20,000 nt of DNA from Malacoraja senta (taxonomy: Eukaryota), in the NCBI GenBank assembly GCA_038087875.1, contig JAXLNO010000267.1, positions 48,630 through 68,629 on the forward strand. Reading direction: 5' to 3'. The notes under the pieces were generated by a model. The model was not told where the DNA came from. It saw only the letters and a program-made list of their open reading frames with translations, and did no database searches. A program made the translations under genes and the position numbers. Positions 13,279 to 20,000 of the stretch are shown piece after piece; within the stretch, counting starts at the first letter, position 1; the number at the start of each line of letters is the position of its first letter.

Positions 13279-14497
13279 TGGACGGGAGAACCAGTGGATG
13301 TGTTGTATCTGGACTTTCAGAAGGCTTTCGACAAGGTACCACATAAGAGATTAGGATACAAACTTAAATCACACGGTATTGGGGGTTCAGTATTGATGTG
13401 GATAGAGAACTGGCTGGCAAACAGGAAGCAAAGAGTAGGAGTAAACGGGTCCTTTTCACAATGGCAGGCAGTGACTAGTGGGGTACCGCAAGGCTCAGTG
13501 CTGGGACCCCAGCTATTTACAATTTATATTAATGATCTGGATGAGGGAATTGAAAGCAACATCTCCAAGTTTGCGGATGACACTAAGTTGGGGGGCAGTG
13601 TTAGCTGTGAGGAGGATGCTAGGAGACTGCAAGGTGACTTGGATAGGCTGGGTGAGTGGGCAAATGTTTGGCAGATGCAGTATAATGTGGATAAATGTGA
13701 GGTTATCCACTTTGGTGGCAAAAACAGGAAGGCAGACTATTATCTAAATGGTGGCCGATTAGGAAATGGGGAGATGCAGCGAGACCTGGGTGTCATGGTA
13801 CACCAGTCATTGAAAGTAGGCATGCAGGTGCAGCAGGGAGTGAAGAAAGCGAATGGTATGTTGGCCTTCATAGCAAGAGGATTTGAGTATAGGAGCAGGG
13901 AGGTTCTACTGCAGTTGTACAGGGTCTTGGTGAGACCACACCTGGAGTATTGCGTACAGTTTTGGTCTCCAAATCTGAGGAAGGACATTATAGCCATAGA
14001 GGGAGTGCAGAGAAGGTTCACCAGACTGATTCCTGGGATGTCAGGACTTTCATATGAAGAAAGACTGGATAGACTTGGCTTATACTCGCTAGAATTTAGG
14101 AGATTGAGAGGGGATCTTATAGAAACGTACAAAATTCTTATGGGGTTGGACAGGCTAGATGCAGGAAGATTGTTCCCGATGTTGGGGAAGTCCAGGACAA
14201 GGGGTCACAGCTTAAGGATAAGGGGGAAATCCTTTAAGACCGAGATGAGGAAAAACTTTTTCACACAGAGTGGTGAATCTCTGGAACTCTCTGCCAGAGG
14301 GTAGTTGAGGCCAGTTCATTGGCTATATTTAAGAGGGAGTTAGATGTGGCCCTTGTGGCTAAGGGGATCAGGGGGTATGGAGAGAAGGCAGGTACGGAAT
14401 ACTGAGTTGGATGATCAGCCATGATCATATTGAATGGCGGTGCAGGCTCAAAGGGCCGAATGGCCTACTACTGCACCTATTTTCTATGTATCTATGT
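13279..14497 (+). mobile_element. CR1 LINE, 5'-truncated, young (RT C-terminal half and 3' UTR)
   Basis: Motifs [35 protein letters not shown] and VRPHLEYCVQFWSP. Ends gggccgaatggcctact...ttctatgtatctatgt. Confidence 0.95.
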
Positions 14498-14695
14498 GAG
14501 GGAGGAAGGCGCAGATGTAGTTTTTGATCAGCCTCTCGCAGCATTTCATGACCACCGAGGTGAGGGCCACCGTTTGGTAGTCATTCGAGCAGGCTGGAGA
14601 GGCATTCTTAGACACTGGTACAATGGTGGATCTCTTGAAGCAGGCAGGGACCACCGACTTGGCCGGGGAGAGGTTGAATATTGTGGTGAACACTG
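14495..14695 (-). mobile_element. Rex1/Babar-type LINE RT fragment, upstream half (split by the CR1)
   Basis: FTTIFNLS..VVPACFKRSTIVPV.K..NDY..VALTSVVMKC.ERL..ICAFLP, which is collinear with the 12936-13278 piece. Confidence 0.85.
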
Positions 14696-14749
14696 TACCA
14701 TGGCACTAATCCCCAATTTGTCCATGACATTGCCAGCTGCTTTGGGGAT

Positions 14750-15230
14750 GCCTCCTGCAACCATTTAGAACCCACCAATATCATCAACTTCACCGCCAAC
14801 CCCTCAAGATCTTATACCTCTCTCCCCTTGATCCACCTCAAGTGTTACTATGCAGTCAACTGCTACAAACTCACTAACCCCACAGACTACATCTTTTCAA
14901 ACCCTTTCTCCTGCAAGGATGCCATCCCTATTTCATAACTGTTCCATTTCTACGGCAACTCCCCTCATGATCAGACTTTCCACTCTCGCATCCGAGATAT
15001 GGTTTCTCCCATCCCAGTTATGGAGGGCACACTTACCCAAGTCACCACTGATCCCAGCATTTCTGCTCACACCCACTACCCTTTCTCCCAGTCAGAATAT
15101 GTTTAGCTGGCCCTCACCTTTCACCTTTCTCTGACATTTCCACCACTTTCAACTTGGTTCTCTCACATTTCCCCATCTCCATCACTGTATGCCTTCCACA
15201 ACTTCAGGTTCACTCACCCCTCCACCCTTC
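14750..15230 (+). mobile_element. Very old PLE remnant, right part
   Basis: tcctgcaaggatgccatccct (SCKDAIP), ctcacctttcacc (LTFH) and catttccaccactttcaac...cacatttccccatctcca resemble the thumb/linker region of the other PLE copies. Confidence 0.55.
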
Positions 15231-15600
15231 CTTCCCCGTCCCTCCACCCTTCCTTCCCCGTTCCTCCTCCCTCTCTCTCTCGCCATTCCTCCTTCCCCAT
15301 CAGGAATTCCCCAGGCCCTGCCATTCTTCCCAAAACAGAGACCCAGCCTCCTCCCCCGCCCTCTTCCCTGTCTCCCCTTCCCCCAACTTTACCCACAACC
15401 TCAGAAGTACCTCCTTCCCCTTCAAACTCCTTCAATATCATCCCCAAATTCCCAGTGAACCCCCTCCACCGGTGCCCCTCCACCCCCGCCAGTACCCCTC
15501 CCTGTCCCCTCACCCCCCCCCCCCCCCCCACCCAGTACCCCTGTCCCTCCCTATTTCCCCCCTCTATCTCCCCTCTCTCCGCCAGTACCTCTCTCTGCGT
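15210..15600. repeat. Pyrimidine/C-rich low-complexity tract at the start of SEC61G intron 1
   Basis: Strong C/T bias on the + strand, including a long C run at about 15513-15529. Confidence 0.8.
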
Positions 15601-15670
15601 CTCTCTTCTCTCCGATAAAGATGTCGCTGTTTTCCAGCCGCTGACGTTGCACCGAGAGATAACCCTACCT
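15589..15670 (-). other. SEC61G: Probable non-coding exon 1 of SEC61G (transcription start approximate)
   Basis: The ATG exon has a splice acceptor, so an upstream exon is required. This is the only non-repeat CpG-rich region upstream, and it has a donor-like AG|GTACTG at 15590-15583. An alternative donor AG|GTAGGG lies near 15668. Confidence 0.6.
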
Positions 15671-15870
15671 GCGCATGCGCGACGGAAGCACTACGGCGGA
15701 AATAACGTCAGGCGCTCCTTCCACGTGATGACGTGCCGGCGCTGTCAATCATACGTCATCGCCCAGCCCCTTGCACGGTCTCCACCCGTGAGTAACGTCA
15801 CCCATTCCCTCTCCCGCTGAGCATCGTGTGTCCATCACCGGGCAACGTTCCAATCCGCTGCGGGCCCACT
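15620..15870 (-). promoter_or_regulatory. CpG-rich promoter of SEC61G
   Basis: NRF1 palindrome TGCGCATGCGC 15670-15680; ETS-like CGGAAG 15683-15688 and CGGAAA 15697-15702; CCACGTG 15721-15727; TGACGT/ACGTCA at about 15642, 15705, 15729, 15753 and 15795; CCAAT 15850-15854. Confidence 0.8.
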
Positions 15871-15960
15871 GCATTCCGCAAATACATTAAACCATTTACA
15901 TGGTAGAAAATAAGTAACTATGCAACACAAAGCGTTTTACTGCACTGTATCTGTGAGCAG

Positions 15961-16150
15961 CGTCCCGACCCAAACATCACCTAATTTTGTGTAAGAAGAT
16001 AGATCGACACAAAAAACTGGAGTAACAGCGGGACAGGCAGCATCTCTGCATCTGAAGAAGGGTCTCGACCCAAAACGTCTCCAGAAATGCTGACGGTCCC
16101 GCTGAGTTACTCCAGCACTTTGTTTTTCTGTAAACCAACATCTGCAGTAT
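15961..16150. repeat. PLE 3'-terminus fragments in inverted arrangement
   Basis: 16008-16048 (acaaaaaactggagtaacagcgggac..gcagcatctctg) is the inverted counterpart of 16082-16123 (cagaaatgctgacggtcccgctgagttactccagcactttgt). A hammerhead-like core lies between them. Confidence 0.8.
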
Positions 16151-16383
16151 TTCCTAAAATTTACTTGGTCGCTTACAATAAATGGGCTTTGATAATAATT
16201 ATAAAGTTCAGAGGTTCTATTTAATCAACGAATATTTAGTATTTTCAATATGATGCTGCCATATATGTGTTATTAGTCGTCATCGTGGCTGACCCTCGAG
16301 GTCGAGCATGATGGTCTACGTACACAAAAATGCTGGAGAAACTCAGCGGGTGCAGCAGCATCTATGGAGCGAAGGAAATAGGT

Positions 16384-16411
16384 AACGTTTCGGGCCGAAA
16401 CCCTTCTTCAG
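16384..16411 (-). ncRNA. Minimal hammerhead ribozyme motif in the PLE 3' terminus
   Basis: Minus strand reads CUGAAGA-A-GGGU-UUCG-GCCC-GAAA-CGUU. This is the CUGANGA/GAAA core, a 4-bp stem II with a UUCG loop, and a loopless palindromic stem III (AACGUU), as described for PLE minimal hammerheads. Confidence 0.75.
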
Positions 16412-16527
16412 ACTGATAGGGGGTGGGGAGAAGAAAGGAAAAAAGGAAAAGGCGGAGGAGGAGCCCGAGGGCTGGGGGAGGGGAGGAGACAACCAGATGG
16501 CTGATGAAGGGGAGGGGACAGCCAGGG

Positions 16528-18594
16528 CTAGCAGAATTGGGAGAATTCAACGTTCAGGCCACCAGGATGTAGACTGCCCAAGCGAAATATGAGGTGCATT
16601 TCCTCCAATTTACGGTGTTGCTCGCTGTGGCCATGGAGGAGACCCAGGACAGAGAGGTCAGATACGGAATGGGAGGGGGAGTTGAAGTGCTGAGCCACCG
16701 GGAGTTCAGGTTGGTTATTGCGGACCGACCGGAGGTGTTCGGCGAAACGATCGCCAAGCCTCCGCTTGGTCTCACCGATGTAGATCAGCTGGCATCTAGA
16801 GCAGCGAATGCAATAGATGAGGTTGGAGGAGATGCAGGTGAACCTCTGTCGCACCTGGAACGACTGCTTGGGTCCTTGAATGGAGTGGAGGGGGGAAGTG
16901 AAGGGACAAGTGTTGCATCTCTTGCGGTTGCAAGGGAAAGTACCAGGGGAGGGGGTGGTATGGGAGGGAAGGGAAGAATTGACAAGGGAGTTACGGAGGG
17001 AGCGGTCTTTGCGGAAGGCAGACATAGGGGGAGATGGGAAGATGTGGCGAGTGGTGGGGTCACGTTGGAGGTTGCGAAACTGACGGAGGATCACTTGTTG
17101 TATGTGACGGCTGGTGGGGTGAAAGGTGAGGACTAGGGGGACTCTGCCTTTGTTGTGAGTGGGGGGATGGGGAGAGAGAGCAGTGTTGCGGGGTATGGCA
17201 GAGACCCTGGTGCGAGCCTCATCTATGGTGGAGGAGGGGAACCCCCGTTCCCTGAAGAATGAGGACATTTCAGATGCCCTGGTGTGGAACGCCTCATCCT
17301 GGGAGCAGATGCGGAGTAGACGGAGGAATTGGGAGTGGGGGATGGAGTCCTTACAGGAAGCAGGGTGGGAAGAAGTGTAGTCCAGATAGCCATGGGAGTC
17401 GGTAGGTTTGTAGTGGATGTCGGTAAGGAGTCTATCACCTGCGATGGAGATAGTGAGGTCAAGGAATGGTAGGGAAGTGTCGGAAATGGTCCAGGTGTAT
17501 TTGAGTGCCGGATGGAAGTTGGTGGTGAAGCGGATGAAGTCAGTCAGTTGTGTGTGGGTGCAGGATGTGGCACCAAAACAATCATCGATATAGCGGAGGT
17601 AGAGGTCGGGGATGGGGCCCTGGTACGCATTGAACAAGGATTGTTCTACGTACCCGACAAAGAGGCAGGCGTAGCTGGGGCCCATGCGTGTGCCCATAGC
17701 TACGCCTTGTATTTGGAGGAAATGGGAGGAGTCAAATGAAAAGTTATTAAGTGTAAGTACCAGCTCCGCTAGGCGGAGGAGGGTGTCAGTGGCCGGGTAT
17801 AGATTGCTTCCACGGTCGAGGAAAAAACGGAGGGCTTTGAGACCATCCTGGTGGGGGATGGAGGTGTACAGTGACTGGACGTCCATGGTGAAGATGAGGG
17901 GGTGAGGGCCTAGAGAGTGGAATGCGCGGAGATGACGGAGAGTGTCTGAGGTGTCTTGAACATAGGTGGGGAGGGATTTAACCAAGGGGGATAGTATGGA
18001 GTCGAGGTAGGTGGAGATGAGTTCGGTGGGGCAATAACAGGCAGAGACAATGGGTCTACCGGGGCAGTCAGGTTTGTGGATTTTGGGGAGAAGGTAAAAG
18101 CGGGCTGTGCGGGGCTGGGGAACGATGAGGTTGGAGGCTCGTTCGGGCAGGGCGTGGGAGTGGATGAAGTTGGTGATGGTGCTGGAGATGGTGGCCTGGT
18201 GCTCGTCAGTGGGGTCATGGTCCAAGGGTAAGTAGGAAGAGGTGTCCGAGAGTTGGCGCGTGGCCTCAGCTTTGTAGAGGTCGACGCGCCAGACTACCAC
18301 GGCACCTCCCTTGTCGGCGGGTTTGATAACCCAATCTAGGTTGTTGCGAAGTGAGTCGATGGCAGTGCGTTCAGGGGGGGAGAGATTGGAGTGAGACAGG
18401 GGAGTGGAGAAGTTGAGGCGGTTGATGTCACGGCGGCAGTTTTTAATAAAGAGTTCTAAAGCCGGAAGGCTACGAGGGGGGTTCCATGAGGATGGGGTGC
18501 GTTGGAGACGGGAAAAGGGGTCATCAGTGGGGAGCGAGGACTCCTTCCCATGGAAGTGAGCTGTGAGGCGGAGGCGACGGTAGAAGCGTTCCAA
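16528..18594 (-). CDS. PLE polyprotein fragment: reverse transcriptase, Cys-rich linker and GIY-YIG endonuclease (no true ATG start)
   Basis: Motifs IKPADKGG, FYLLPKIHK, GRPIVS, MDVQSLYTSIP, GVAMGTRMGP, LRYIDD, LPFLD, CNRKRCNTC, NLIYCIRC..IYIGETKR, HLRSV..VAQHF and GLN. The listed 'M' is a TTG codon. Confidence 0.93.
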   Translation of the reverse strand: MERFYRRLRLTAHFHGKESSLPTDDPFSRLQRTPSSWNPPRSLPALELFIKNCRRDINRLNFSTPLSHSNLSPPERTAIDSLRNNLDWVIKPADKGGAVVVWRVDLYKAEATRQLSDTSSYLPLDHDPTDEHQATISSTITNFIHSHALPERASNLIVPQPRTARFYLLPKIHKPDCPGRPIVSACYCPTELISTYLDSILSPLVKSLPTYVQDTSDTLRHLRAFHSLGPHPLIFTMDVQSLYTSIPHQDGLKALRFFLDRGSNLYPATDTLLRLAELVLTLNNFSFDSSHFLQIQGVAMGTRMGPSYACLFVGYVEQSLFNAYQGPIPDLYLRYIDDCFGATSCTHTQLTDFIRFTTNFHPALKYTWTISDTSLPFLDLTISIAGDRLLTDIHYKPTDSHGYLDYTSSHPASCKDSIPHSQFLRLLRICSQDEAFHTRASEMSSFFRERGFPSSTIDEARTRVSAIPRNTALSPHPPTHNKGRVPLVLTFHPTSRHIQQVILRQFRNLQRDPTTRHIFPSPPMSAFRKDRSLRNSLVNSSLPSHTTPSPGTFPCNRKRCNTCPFTSPLHSIQGPKQSFQVRQRFTCISSNLIYCIRCSRCQLIYIGETKRRLGDRFAEHLRSVRNNQPELPVAQHFNSPSHSVSDLSVLGLLHGHSEQHRKLEEMHLIFRLGSLHPGGLNVEFSQFC

Positions 18595-18609
18595 GTCATG
18601 GAGGGCACG

Positions 18610-18692
18610 GTTCTGGTTCTGGTTGATTACTGGTTCTACGTTCTGGTTCTGGTTGATTACTGGTTCTACGTTCTGGTTCTGGTTGATTACTG
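18610..18692. repeat. 30-bp tandem repeat, about 2.8 perfect copies (gttctggttctggttgattactggttctac), forming the 3' tail of the adjacent LINE
   Basis: Read directly: units at 18610-18639, 18640-18669 and partial 18670-18692. Confidence 0.95.
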
Positions 18693-19975
18693 CGCAAACA
18701 CCTCATAAGTGGTTATCTCGCGCAGGTCGGAGTGAGTAGAGTAGCGATTACATTTTGAAGTGGGCATTTTTGACCAAGTTGAGGAGATCTAGTTGCTTAA
18801 TCCCCTTTTTAAATGACTTAACATCGGGTGCAGCACTGGTGTAGGGTGGTAACCTATTCCATTCCCTTATCGTCCTTGGGTAAAGGGAATATTGGTAGCA
18901 AAGTTTATTGAAATTTAGCGAGTTGATGATGTAGGGACCGTTATTTCGTCTTGTTTCTTGGCAGTTGGTGCTCTGGGATGACGGAAGATTTGATGGCATG
19001 TTTTTGTGAATCTCCTTGTAAATTGCAATAAGTCAGCCTGATTCTGCGGAGCTCTAGGGTATCCCATCCGAGAGAAGTCAGCATATTATTCACGCCTGAT
19101 TTGCCTTGTAGTAATTACATACAAAGTGGGCTGCTCGGTATTGTACTTTCCCCAGGGTGATCTTCTTGTTGTTGTTGAAAGAATCCCATACGGCTCCACA
19201 ATACTCCAATTTGGGCCTGACCAATGACTTGGAGGCATTCTCTTGGACTACATGCATGAACATTTATTTTAAGAAGATCGAGAGGTCGATTTGCTTAGTT
19301 AAACACTTGACTAATATTAGAGATAGAGATTAGAGATTCCTTTATTTGTCATTCAGACCTTTTGGTCTGAACGAAATTTCGTTGCCTGCAGTCATACATA
19401 TAATAATAAATAATAAATAAATAATATGCGTCGCCCAACTTAAATCTTTGCTTAATACGAGTCCTAAAATGGGTGATGGTCGACAGCAAGCAATGTATGG
19501 CTACCCATGTTGTATTCCGATAAAAGTGGTTTAGTCTTATGTGATATATGCATGGTATGACATTTGGTTGTATTGAATGACATCTGCCAGGTTTCCCCCC
19601 ACTCACAGAGAGCATCCAGATCCTTCTGTATGGACAAACTGTATTCTGGTGTTTTAATCTCTCTATAAATTATGGCATCATCTGCGAAGAGTCGAACTCT
19701 GGACAAATCTGCACTTGGAATGTCATTGATATACAGTAGGAAGAGCAATGGACCCATGACAGTCCCCTGTGGTACACCTGATGTCACAGAAGTTTCAATA
19801 GACGTCTCTCCCTCCAAGAGAACTCACTGGTGTCTTCTTGTCAAAAAGATCTCAATCCATTTTAAGAGGTTGCCGTCTATTCCTACACAGTTGAGCTTGT
19901 ACAGGAGCCGCTTGTGGGGAACCTTATTAAAAGCCTTACTGAAGTCTAATATAATCAGGTCAGTCTGTTGTTTTT
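18690..19975 (-). mobile_element. CR1-group LINE 3' portion, decayed, from a different family than the other CR1s here
   Basis: Motifs DFSKAFNKVPH, TSGVPQGTVMGPLLFLLYIND, VRLFADD, LVRPKLEY and YSLYPRTIREWNRLP. Frameshifted. 3' stem-loop ctgcgc..gcgcag at 18690-18725. Confidence 0.9.
19318..19421 (-). mobile_element. Short retroposon 3'-end insertion with a 6-bp target-site duplication (taatat)
   Basis: taatat at 19312-19317 and 19422-19427. Removing the insert restores W-A-T-H-I-S-Q-V in the host LINE. Has an internal hairpin, an AATAAA and a short-repeat tail. Confidence 0.8.
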
Positions 19976-20000
19976 ATGGGCTCTCAGGTGGCTTATAAGT

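Larger units (their letters stand above)
16321..18609 (-). mobile_element. Penelope-like retroelement (Neptune-like), young and 5'-truncated
   Basis: Contains the RT/GIY-YIG ORF. The 3' terminus carries a hammerhead motif and ends ...ctccagcatttttgtgta. CpGs are largely undecayed. Confidence 0.95.

Noticed and set aside
13204..14304. 366-aa ORF as a host gene or intact RT
   Set aside because: It is chimeric. The first ~25 codons are antisense Rex1 DNA, and the rest is a 5'-truncated CR1 ORF2 with a terminal frameshift.
15154..15820. Pro/Ser- or Gly-rich ORFs
   Set aside because: By-products of the C-rich low-complexity tract and the CpG island.
16554..18218. Multiple overlapping or antisense ORFs in the PLE
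   Set aside because: Shadow ORFs of a GC-rich coding sequence.
16528..18594. Selenoprotein-type (Naiad) PLE or telomerase
   Set aside because: There is no in-frame TGA. The GIY-YIG domain and the lack of TERT-specific motifs indicate an ordinary endonuclease-bearing PLE.
18610..18692. 30-bp repeats as a CRISPR array
   Set aside because: The repeats are contiguous with no spacers or cas genes, the context is eukaryotic, and they are explained as a LINE tail.

Overview
Eukaryotic (vertebrate) genomic DNA. The repeat families suggest a cartilaginous fish, probably a skate or ray (inference). The window holds an apparently complete minus-strand SEC61G gene (Sec61 translocon gamma subunit, 68 aa) that the ORF track misses. 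Its coding exons are 8094-8187, 4676-4778 and 3191-3200, the polyA signal is at 3108-3113, and a probable non-coding exon 1 and CpG-rich promoter lie at about 15590-15870, packed with ACGT-core, NRF1 and ETS motifs. Most of the rest is transposable elements: several CR1-clade LINE pieces, a Rex1/Babar LINE split by a young CR1, a TIR-bounded DNA element, old Penelope-like elements (PLEs), a second CR1-group LINE, and one young 5'-truncated PLE with an uninterrupted 688-codon RT + Zn-finger + GIY-YIG frame. The most interesting non-protein signal is a minimal hammerhead-ribozyme motif (CUGAAGA-stem II-GAAA-CGUU, 16384-16411, minus strand) in the 3' terminus of that PLE. Five decayed relatives of it are scattered around and inside SEC61G. 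PLE hammerheads are a known class, so any novelty would lie in this instance and its genomic context.
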